This document shows positions 1 through 9,791 of a stretch of 32,830 nt of DNA, in pieces (the first letter of the stretch is position 1; the number at the start of each line of letters is the position of its first letter). Both the position numbers and the translations under genes were made by a program. Origin of the DNA: Toensbergia leucococca. Taxonomy: Eukaryota. The stretch is taken from assembly GCA_022813965.1 (NCBI GenBank), contig JALDZS010000238.1, forward strand, positions 1 through 32,830, in the 5' to 3' direction. The notes under the pieces were generated by a model. That model saw nothing but the letters and a program-made list of their open reading frames with translations. It had not been told where the DNA came from and did not search any database.

Positions 1-98
1 CTAACCCTAACCCTAACCCTAACCCTAACCCTAACCCTAACCCTAACCCTAACCCTAACCCTAACCCTAACCCTAACCCTAACCCTAACCCTAACCCT
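1..98 (+). repeat. Telomeric repeat tract (CCCTAA)n, left chromosome end
   Basis: About 16 perfect CTAACC units from base 1. The C-rich strand is on +, as expected for a left telomere of a TTAGGG-type ascomycete. Confidence 0.98.
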
Positions 99-1560
99 GA
101 TACTGATACTGATTATCTTTAATTTATTCATCACTTATCTTACTCATTAAATATCTTGTCAGACTAAATATAAGAAAAAGAGCTAGAACTAAAACTATAA
201 CTGAAAGAATAAAAAGAATGAATCAATATCAGTACTGAGTTAAGAATAACTGAGGTCTTCAGTGATAAAGTCATTACTTATCTAAAAAAAAGATAATATA
301 CTAAAATAACATACAAAATTTGATAAATCTCTGACACTCAAATTAAATATTTTATTAATTTGCAGTTTTAATTTTAAGTGTTATGATTTACTCTAACATT
401 TTAGGTTACACACAGATTAAGGTTAACACAAGTGTTAGAAATTGACATGTAAGATTGTTAAATGTTACAGCTGTTATCTTATAACACTCTTCTAAATACT
501 TATAGTGCATTTTTCTTCTGTACTTTTAAATCTTTATCTTTAGTGTTCTCTTCAATAGTATCTTTTTAAATAAACTCTATGTCTAATCATAACATTAAGC
601 TTTTAATCTTCATAAAGATAAAGAAATTAAATAATCTACTAAATTGCATAATTCTATAATAATTTAGACAAAAGCATGCAATTTAAAGCTACTAGATAAA
701 GTCATGTGATTTCAAGCTACTACTGAAGAATTGCAATAAATTTATCTACTGAATGTGATAAAATTTCTAGACAGAAAAGCAAGACTTCTGAGTATAATTT
801 TAAGCTTCTGCTTGTCTCTGAATGACAAGAAGATAAGATAATGCTTTTACAGATAAAATAACATGATTTTCTAGCATTTCACATTAATGTAAGATTATGT
901 AATTCAGAATTATAACATTATATCTCTTAGAAATTTGCTACTGATTTACATACTAAAGTCTGATAAATTTTTAGTCAATTTCTAGCATGCAAAATAATTA
1001 AATTCAGAGCTATATAAAGTGACTATCTCTCTCAGAGAATAGTGAGTAATTTACATACAAAATAAGATTAATCTCTAACACTCAGAGTCCTTTATATCTT
1101 ATCAGTTATCAGATATCTTATTAGGCAAGAAACAAGGCAAAGAAGTTAGAGTAAAAACAAAAAGAATAAGGGCTCATAATAAATGATAGACAATGAGAAT
1201 AAACTAAGACTAAAAGCATGCTAAGATCTCACAAGCAATAAGAGCATTGCTTAGTTATAAGAGAGAGTAATGTTATAACTGAGTTAACTCACTAAGTCTC
1301 AACACTAATTTAAGAGCATTAACACATGCCTAACTGCATTGAGTCTAATACTGTCATCTAAGAGTATTTATATGTAAACACTTATTATTTACATACTTTT
1401 CTTTCTTAGTCTTAGTCTTCTTATTTATCATACTCTCATGATTAGACTGTGAGTCTGATTCTGACAATAGTCTACTGAAGACTCTGAGATCTTACTGATT
1501 ATTACTTAATATAAGGTAATATCTAGTGATGAGATAATAAGATCAGATGATTCAGGTAGT
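99..1560. repeat. AT-rich subtelomeric block of hypermutated (RIP-like) repeat or TE relics
   Basis: No ORFs and very AT-rich. No CpG seen until 1581, and CC/GG are very rare. Contains possible LTR-type ends (TGTCAGA at 157; TCTGACA at 330 and 1460) without matching TSDs. Confidence 0.75.
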
Positions 1561-1946
1561 CAATTATGAGTTATGGTGGTCGGTTATTTCAAAAAATAGG
1601 TTTGAACCTGAGGTGGTAGTCCGCTTGACCCTTAGGGTTAGGGTGTCTCGCGGGTGAAAGAAAATCCGGTACACACAAGCGAGTTTTAGGCCCCTCACAC
1701 AAAATTCTCACCTGAATTCTCTTCCTTATTCTACCATCTACCACCCACCATCATCATAAGACGAGTCAAACAACGTGAGAAGAAGATCAGAAAGCCTCAT
1801 TATGATACTCCTAAACGCGCCAAGATCCGAGGAGTCAGTGAATATTTAGGGTGGTCTACGTAAGCGCACAGGGATTTGCGAGCTCGAATCAACTCTACCT
1901 AAATCACGACCCTTTCAGCTGCTGCACATCTCAAACGCTTGCAGAC

Positions 1947-4010
1947 ATGCCACAAGAACCAGATTCGTCGATTGAAGCCGCATTTGGCTCTGCCACTCAA
2001 GCGCTTGTGGACTTTGAAGCAACCATCCAAGAAGGCCGCAAGTTATTTTTCCTTGATGCTGTATCGTCGGACCGTATCGCCAATCGACTCGCACGTATTC
2101 TCGAGTCCCTTAGCTTCTACTTGAGTCTCTTTTTTGTTGGAATTGGATTCACTTGCATTATCCCTCGTCGACGTCCCGTTCGCATCTTCTCATTCAGATA
2201 TTCTGGCAGGGTAGCTCGCCTATTTTCTGTTCTTCGACTACAGGCAAAGCACGAAAAGGCTGCTCAATCGCAACAATATGTCAGAACAAACCGCTGGCGT
2301 ATTGTGCTCATATACTTGGGACCGTTAATGTTCTTCATTGGTCCAAATCTGGTAACGGTCGGCAGTGCAGCACTACAAGGCGCCGCAAGAGAGATACTTG
2401 TGGCTCTTGGCTCGGTGGTCTCTGCCTGGCCTATTTTTTCAACACTTCTTAAAAAATCGAAAGTCCTAGACTTGAGGAAAGATCTGGAACATGATACGGA
2501 AGATGCAATCAGACACCACAACATTCAAGCAGCTGACGAGTTGGGCTTCATGGCTGCTTGGAACTGGGCAGGCTATCTTACGGCCGACATCGCCAACGTC
2601 GTCATCGGCTCATGGGCAGCCTTTCGCAAAAATCCTGCATATGGCATCGGAAATGCTGCCCCTGATATAGTTGGCCTTTGCATCATATTGCCCATATGTA
2701 TCTACAAGGCTGATAAATTTGGCGCGGAAGAATTTCCACATGACATTGACGATACTACTAGCCAATTCAATGACTTCGTCTCTGAAGTCGAGGAGACCCA
2801 AAAAGAGCGCAGAGTCAAAGCCTATGACGGCCTCAATCGAAAAGCAGAAGTTCCAAACATCCTTATTCTCATCTATGCGCTAACATCGTTGACTATTCAT
2901 ATTGTCTTAATCTTGTACAACCCACAACGCCGCAGGAATGATGCATATGTTTACGATGTGGCAATTCCTTCAATAATCAATTTCATTGCTGCGACATACT
3001 TAATGGCCCGTCTCATGCAACAGATGTTTCCCAACTACTTTTTGGCACATATCCGGGCCGAATGGGGAGCTCATATATGGCGAATGGATCTTGAAGTGAA
3101 AATGAGAGATTCTTTCCAAAAATCGAATGTGCTGCAGCGTACAGTGGAAGGTTTGAATGTTCCAAATCAGATATCGGAGGTAACGCAAAGAATGAAGACG
3201 ACACGTGATCGGATATGGTATTTCAGATTGGTCGACCAATTCCCTAATGACATGAACACCCCCAATGGTGATGTGGATATGGCCAATGAAACTGAAAGAG
3301 TTGGTTTACAAAACACATTCACATCCCTAAGAAAGATACTAAAGAAAATCAACGAGGATTATTCATATTACGAAAATAATCAAGATTTGAGGCTAACGCC
3401 CCTACGTACGCTATTAGTTCTCAGCCTCCTTTCTACAGAAGCTGATAACCAAAAGAAATTTGCTCGGGTAGAGGACTATAAGCGACAACTTGACCACGAC
3501 ATCACAGTCTACCGTATTTCTAGGGACTTGTATCTAAGATCAATAGCACTTGATGAGCAGCTGAGCCAATTAGATGGAAATATACTTCAATATTACCGAC
3601 GCTTGGAAACAAGTATTCCCTCGGTCATACTACCGGAGAGCTCTGGAACGGAGGCCTTTATGGTTACACTTCGTGATCTAGCAACACCCCCGACCATTCA
3701 AGACCCTTGGTATTTCAACTTTCCGCCTCTTCAATTCAGCAACTCGATTGCAGATAGGATCCTTGAACTTGGAAATGGTCTTGATGAGTTGTCTCACTTG
3801 GAACAAAGGATACGGAGTGCGATGCTGCATGCCATTGCAAATCCTCAACCTTTGAAACATGAAGGATCAAACGGAAGAGAGCCTGAGAGACAGGAAGACA
3901 ACAGCAATACTTCTCATCCTGAAATTAGTGATGAAGGTGATCAAATACCCCAACTCCGAGCCGTTATGGAAAAACGCAAAGTTGAACTGGTGCAATGGCT
4001 GCGATCTTAG
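1947..4010 (+). CDS. Hypothetical multi-pass membrane protein (~687 aa, 6-7 hydrophobic segments plus a long helical C-terminal region)
   Basis: Uninterrupted 2-kb ORF with first in-frame ATG at 1947. Hydrophobic stretches include LSFYLSLFFVGIGFTCII, IVLIYLGPLMFFIG, IVGLCIILPICIY and ILILIYALTSLTIHIVLILY. No family recognised. Confidence 0.75.
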   Translation: MPQEPDSSIEAAFGSATQALVDFEATIQEGRKLFFLDAVSSDRIANRLARILESLSFYLSLFFVGIGFTCIIPRRRPVRIFSFRYSGRVARLFSVLRLQAKHEKAAQSQQYVRTNRWRIVLIYLGPLMFFIGPNLVTVGSAALQGAAREILVALGSVVSAWPIFSTLLKKSKVLDLRKDLEHDTEDAIRHHNIQAADELGFMAAWNWAGYLTADIANVVIGSWAAFRKNPAYGIGNAAPDIVGLCIILPICIYKADKFGAEEFPHDIDDTTSQFNDFVSEVEETQKERRVKAYDGLNRKAEVPNILILIYALTSLTIHIVLILYNPQRRRNDAYVYDVAIPSIINFIAATYLMARLMQQMFPNYFLAHIRAEWGAHIWRMDLEVKMRDSFQKSNVLQRTVEGLNVPNQISEVTQRMKTTRDRIWYFRLVDQFPNDMNTPNGDVDMANETERVGLQNTFTSLRKILKKINEDYSYYENNQDLRLTPLRTLLVLSLLSTEADNQKKFARVEDYKRQLDHDITVYRISRDLYLRSIALDEQLSQLDGNILQYYRRLETSIPSVILPESSGTEAFMVTLRDLATPPTIQDPWYFNFPPLQFSNSIADRILELGNGLDELSHLEQRIRSAMLHAIANPQPLKHEGSNGREPERQEDNSNTSHPEISDEGDQIPQLRAVMEKRKVELVQWLRS

Positions 4011-5073
4011 CTCCAGGAGTATGGCCGAAGTCTCTGGCTTGAACTTTGAAGTTACTCGATCTTCTGGAAACCTCTCAATGAATCACAATTACTCAACTTT
4101 CCGGACCAGCGGACTCCTAGAAGAACCTTTGTACAGTCTTAATGACTCCATCCATCTCAGTCGTGATTCAAGTAGCTCTGGCAGTCTCAATCCACGCGAA
4201 ACCACGAGCACTGCTTAAGCATATTGCTGGCTTCCCTTGTGATGTACCAAACATCATCCACTGGATTACCAATTACTCGACCAACAATACCATCTCATTT
4301 TCTTGTAGTACAGAAGTCACATTCAACTACTTTGTTGTTGCTTTCAACCTAATTGTCATCTCATCATTAAAATTTGGAAACATGCCCTAACCTCGATCGC
4401 ATGAGTGCTTTTTATCTCGATCACATTTAATTCTTAAGCTTTTCCTCTTTTCCTTATGACCACCAGGGATTTCTCTATGCAGGTTTAAGTGGTATCTAAC
4501 TAAGAGCAGGGGATTAACCGGAGAGTAGTCCATCTACTGTAACACCCGTGTAATCCTTACAAATGATTTTGTGCGTTTGAAGACATCTGATTATTATTCC
4601 TCAAGCTTAGCATTTGTACCTGTTGATTACTTATTCGATCTACTAGAATACTTAGTCAATATGTGTCAGCTGCGGAAGCCTTCTTGACTGAGTAAACTAT
4701 GAGAGATTAAAAGTCCCTGAATAATGAGGTTCTGAGACACTGTGACACCGCTTTACTCATCAAACATCGCAGTCTTTGATTTCATAGATTACTCTTCATT
4801 TTGAAAGTCACTGTCATGTCTTAGTGTTCTGTCTATATTTTCTCTGTTCACCATTTTCATCACTCAATTAGTCATGGTTTAATTGATTACTCATGTTGAA
4901 GTCTCTACTTTTTTTAACTCAGATATTGCAACACACCATTCTCAGAGCTCGAGCGTCTCTATAAAAAGTCTTATTGACGTTTTTTGAAGTTGTTCATTCT
5001 ATCAAGAATAGGTGCCTCTAGCAGGCATATACGTTTCTACGGACATTACCAAACCTCAAGCATCTCAGCAGCC

Positions 5074-6006
5074 ATGTATCTTCAAAGACTTCCTTCCTGG
5101 CTCCTAGCTGTTGCTCTTATCTCTAGTCTCGTGTCCGCAGGCGTTCTCACAGCACCACGCTCACAACCCAGCCTACCAGCCCAATACTCCACAATCAAAA
5201 CGTCACTTATCAATCAGAATCCCTCCATCATCCGCGCTACATTCTCAAATCCACCCATCAACCTCATCAATCAAGCCTTCATCGCTGACATATCCTCCTT
5301 CGTCGCAAGCCTTAATAACACCAGCGCCCCTAAAGTCGTCGTCTTCTCCAGCGCCAACCCCACATACTTCCTCCCCCATCTTGACCTCCATCTGATCAGC
5401 GCGAACAGTACCTTGCCCAATGCCGCAGCGATTTACGCTCCTTGGACCCCAGCCCTCAACCTCCTCACGCAGCTGCCTACAATCTTCATCTCCGAGATCA
5501 ACGGCCACGCGACCTCGGGCGGCAACGAGTTTATCCTGCACACAGACATGCGCTTCGCAGGACCCAACGCCGAAGTCGGTGCTGTTGAGGTTGCGGGAGG
5601 TATTATTCACGTCAACGGAGTACAGCAACTCACCCGCCTCATCGGTCCCGGCTACGCAGCGCAGCATCTCCTTGCTTGCGACACCGTTGACGCCCTCGAG
5701 GCTGCCCGTATCGGATGGGTCAATGCCGCCTATGATAGCGCGGAAGAGCTACGTACCGAGGTTAATGCCTTGGCCATTCGACTAGCCTCATGGCCCGCGG
5801 GTGCGTTGGCCAAGACTAAGCAATCGATCGCTGAGACGGCGCCCAGTGCCAAGGCTTTGCAGGATGATGGTGAGAGGTTTGAAGAGTTGGTTGCGACGCC
5901 GCAGGCGCAGTTTGCTATTGACAAGATTTTGGAGCTCTCGGGGAATCAAATGGATGGGTGGTTTGAGGAGGGACTTGTGAACGATGCGGTTGTGGTGTAT
6001 GAATGA
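5074..6006 (+). CDS. Enoyl-CoA hydratase/isomerase (crotonase superfamily) protein with predicted signal peptide, 310 aa
   Basis: Crotonase motifs NPPINL, KVVVFSS, LPTIFISEINGHATSGGNEF..DMRFA, GAVEVAGGII, ALEAARIGWVN. N-terminus is MYLQRLPSWLLAVALISSLVSA. Intronless. Confidence 0.9.
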   Translation: MYLQRLPSWLLAVALISSLVSAGVLTAPRSQPSLPAQYSTIKTSLINQNPSIIRATFSNPPINLINQAFIADISSFVASLNNTSAPKVVVFSSANPTYFLPHLDLHLISANSTLPNAAAIYAPWTPALNLLTQLPTIFISEINGHATSGGNEFILHTDMRFAGPNAEVGAVEVAGGIIHVNGVQQLTRLIGPGYAAQHLLACDTVDALEAARIGWVNAAYDSAEELRTEVNALAIRLASWPAGALAKTKQSIAETAPSAKALQDDGERFEELVATPQAQFAIDKILELSGNQMDGWFEEGLVNDAVVVYE

Positions 6007-6324
6007 GCGATTATAGAGATTTTGGTTATTTGTGTGAGAGGTGAGAAGTACGGATTAGTGTTTGATGAGAGGAGCTCGGAAGCTTTGGAAATCAAGTCAC
6101 TAGAAGTGTGTAATTAGTTGACAATTGCATGTATAGAATGGAGATTTGGTTGCAGCTGAATGCTAGTTCTCTATAAATTTTAACCCCACCGGGCCTAGGG
6201 TCATCACTGCCCTACACTCACGCGATCGCGAGTTGCTGAGTGAGCTGCGCCTCTTTGATCAACATCAGCAGTCGTTACTGAACATTCACGCCCTACTTCT
6301 CATCGTAAGAAAATAATCATTACG

Positions 6325-8014
6325 ATGGCGTTCGGACTCGGAGTGGGCGATATCCTGGAGCTGACCAAAATCGTCGTCACCACGATTAGGAATATTCATG
6401 GCGCTCCAACATGGCGCTCCAACAGAGCTTCAGGAACTCGCTGAACGAGTGGAATTGGTGGAATTAAACTTGCAGTCGATCAACAAACTATCATCCCAAC
6501 GCAGCAGCAGGGAACGCGCAGAGCATAATGAGGCTGGTGAAAAGAATTAGTGAAGTTCTGGGCAAGATAAGGGACGTTGTGATCAAGTACGGGAACACCG
6601 ACGGCTAGAAGAATGCTTTCTACCGGGCCAAGTATGGGATTTGGGAGAAAGGTGGAGTTGGGGACTTGGTGAATAAGCTTGAGCAGCGGACTCGTGACTT
6701 GACCGACTCCCTCATTATACAGATCTTACTGGTGACCAACCAAATGCGGCCACAGATTGATCAAATCTTTACATCTACCCGTCAAGAGCAGGAGCGTACA
6801 AGAAACCAAAGGCCTGCTCAAGGCACAAATGCTGCCCTTTGTCCTGATCCGAGTGGGGATTTCAACAATCCAATTATCGTTTCCAATCAAACCGAGCAAG
6901 TGCAATCCATCTTGGAGCGCGTCCTGCATTCTGAACAGCCAAGCAATGTGGGCTTAGCACCCAACCGAGAAGATATGTCCATTGAAAGAGAGATCGAAAT
7001 ACAATTAGGGCAAGCGGGCATCGATGCCAAATTTACCAGAGCTCTCATCAACATTATCAACGAACAACGAAAGCGCCTTGCCCATCCAGAAGACATTGAT
7101 CCGATATCATACATCGGTGGTAAGAATGGGTTGGAAACTTCCAAGGGCTGGATCATGGTAGTCGACAGTTTCAATGAAGGTTATACAATAAATCTGGATC
7201 TAGTATCCAAGGCACTGTCATTGACATTGTTGAAGTGCGGTCCATCATTGCCCAGACTTATCTCGAGCTCGTCCGAGTTTGGACGGTCAACCATAGTGGC
7301 GAATGGCTCTTCAATCGCGTCGAGTCAGCAGGTGTTCAAGTTGAAACCAAGTTTTCTAGACGAGCTTGGAAACCTCAGTCAAAGCCTCTGGCAAAGGGCG
7401 GCAACCCCCCGGAGAAAGCTGCTCTTAAAGCGATCTCTGGTCAAGGTTTTTTCTTTCAATCAAAGGAGAAGAACGACATCCTTACGCGTATGGCACAGCA
7501 TAGAAGTCGCGGCATCGACAATTGGCACTTCAAAAAATTTGAATACATGCTATGCTTCGATAGGTCCGTCTATGAGACACTAGTAATGCTCGCCAAATGC
7601 TGCAAAGAAAGATACGGCGGTTTGCCATCCTATGCTAGTTTTTCTAAGATTATTCTCGTCAAAGACGTAGAGCTGAAAACCGCTGCCGCCAACTTGGATG
7701 CCAGTGATACTAGCAAACTTGTCAAAAGCATAGAAGACGGCATTGAATGCTTCCTGAAAACCGAATATAATTGGCGAAGTCCTCCCTTTTCTATCACGGA
7801 GGGTCCATTTCGCACGATGCAGATTGTGCTGCCAATTGATGATATCAAACTCAGCCTTGATGAGAAAGAAACCAAGTTGAATGAAATAGCCTTGAAAACA
7901 GGTTGCAGAATTAGAGTTACAGACGAAAAGTTTGACGGTCAGCTTTTCTCCGTTACTGGACGCAAAGAAGCTTTATCTTTGGCAATTTCATTGCTAAAAG
8001 AAGCCCTTCTTTAA
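6325..8014 (+). pseudogene. Disrupted gene: HeLo-like/SesA-type N-terminal domain + LMW-PTP-like domain + KH-like domain
   Basis: Starts MAFGLGVGDILELTK...APTELQELAERVELV. Broken by a 13-nt tandem duplication (6397-6422), an apparent +1 frameshift near 6495 and an in-frame TAG at 6606. Predicted intron 7180-7235 joins IMVVDSFNE to VRSIIAQ. Then VESAG, HRSRGI..FEYMLCFD, and C-terminal IALKTGCRIRV...FSVTGRKEALSLAISLL. Confidence 0.75.
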
Positions 8015-8438
8015 TGTATGTGAAGTTTAGCGAGAATAGCAGATGTTAGCCTTGAAAAACATGCAAATTGGCGCGTTTGAAAGAGACTTAGGCTTCTACA
8101 ACGTGCGAGCTTATCCATGATTTAATGTGAGGTATGAGATACGAGATCGATCCGTGCTAATTAGTAGAATTCTTGTGGAAGTTTTGATGGCCAGAACTGA
8201 GACCTAGTATTGTTGGTAATCTTTTCCGAAAGTGAATGTTATGACAGGCATTGAAATGCTAATGATATCGAGAGCTTGCCCGAGAGTACTCCAGATAGCG
8301 TCGTTGAAGATAGTGTAAGCAAGCATTTTGGCAACGCACTCACTGGCGAAGGCGGATAGTCTATGCCTTGAACAGATTCCCAAGCATTCTACGCGTCTTG
8401 ACTCGCATTGCACTGACTCGGAAGGCAGTCATTACATC

Positions 8439-8482
8439 CAGCTTCTTCCATACCCGCAGCTTCTTCCATACCCGCAGCTTCT
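8439..8482. repeat. 18-bp tandem repeat (CAGCTTCTTCCATACCCG x2.4)
   Basis: Read directly from the sequence. Confidence 0.85.
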
Positions 8483-9049
8483 GAATGAACAGTATGATGA
8501 CACCAGCATTTCAATCAAAATTAGGCTGATAATCGCCGTTAGGAGATGGTCTGTTGGGCCATGCAGACTGAATCACTAAATACTCTGGGAATTGTAGCCT
8601 ATCACCGGTAAATTTCATGTTGGCCGTCATCATGAAGCTTGAATTAGGTCAGAATCATCACTTGAATTCTTTCTGATTCGGGAACCTTGCCAATGAGGTT
8701 TGTCGTCAAGAGTATCTATGCTGCAGCATTGCCAGCATGACCTTTGAACTTTGGATCTACCCAGACTAAGTATTCAAATGAGTTCAGAGATCTCGTAGGG
8801 CTTACAATTCCTATCATATAGTTAATTTTCTTTTCACCTCTCGGATTGTTACGACACTGAAGTACTTCTGAACTTTGTACAGATCTGCGATTTTTCCCTA
8901 CGCAGGCAATCCGCCCAACCCTCATTACGGCATAGCTGGAATTGTTCACAGGGTGACGGGTCCTGTCGAAATGAGGGGTAAAGTTCAGGAGCCTAAGAGG
9001 ATTCAGCCAGCAGTTCTGGCTGACGTACATAGATTCAGCTCACTTAGGT

Positions 9050-9403
9050 CTAAATGTTTGCCTTGGCCTCTTCCTCCAGCTCATCTAAGGCTCTCTGGGT
9101 CTCAACTTCAGGATCTATAGCGGTAGTGTCAAAAGACACGGTGGCAAGGTTGGCATGAGCCCCGTGCTTCTGGAGCCACTTTTTAAAGGCTGTGCTCTTG
9201 GCCTGAGAGTTGACTTGCAGGACGAGGTTACGCTTGTTCGCAATCAACTCACCGGCGTCGATGCGCAGCTCGTAGTCGGCATCATTCTTCGGAGTGCGAG
9301 AGGGTATCATGCGGCTACCTGAAGTATGTGAGGCTTTGAATTTTGTTGCTACGTCGAAGTTGCTCTTGACTTTGGAGAAGAACTCCTGTAGGACCTTGGA
9401 CAT
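9050..9403 (-). CDS. Small hypothetical protein, 117 aa (MSKVLQEFF...YELRIDAGE...NLVLQVNSQ...HANLAT)
   Basis: Clean ORF with an ACCATG start context and globular-looking composition. Function not recognised. Confidence 0.7.
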   Translation of the reverse strand: MSKVLQEFFSKVKSNFDVATKFKASHTSGSRMIPSRTPKNDADYELRIDAGELIANKRNLVLQVNSQAKSTAFKKWLQKHGAHANLATVSFDTTAIDPEVETQRALDELEEEAKANI

Positions 9404-9791
9404 GGTAGTACCTTCTGATAGCTGAGTCACTACTGATAGGGTGTGGAGACTCTCGCAGGTACAATGCATATGTCTTACCCAAATATAGAAAATTAATAAC
9501 AGACATCACAAAAGCCAAGATGCGGAGTAGGTAGGTAGGTAGGCGGGAAAATCGGCTCATGTTAATCCTAGCTCGGACCTCTGCCGAATTCTTGCCTGCA
9601 TTGGGCCTAACGTACTGCAGACGTCATAGAATAGAGTACCTTATGTGAGTACACCAGTATCAAGAAATTGGATTTAGGTAGTTGTCGTCGTGTATTGCGG
9701 TGAAAGTTCTCGCACCTCCCACAATCATTCCATTTCAAGATCGCAATCCAGTCCAAAGGCACCAAGAGACTGCTAACTTCGTAGCCTGTCA

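Noticed and set aside
157..1466. Defined solo LTR(s) with TGTCAGA...TCTGACA ends
   Set aside because: No matching target-site duplications, so boundaries cannot be fixed. Folded into the AT-rich block.
1628..1650. Telomerase RNA template (CCCTAACCCTAA on the minus strand)
   Set aside because: Only a 12-mer, with no supporting structure visible, and the downstream sequence would be degenerate AT-rich repeat.
8204..9030. Short minus-strand ORFs (69 and 104 aa) as a gene
   Set aside because: No recognisable motif or convincing splice model. May be a decayed gene but is unsupported.
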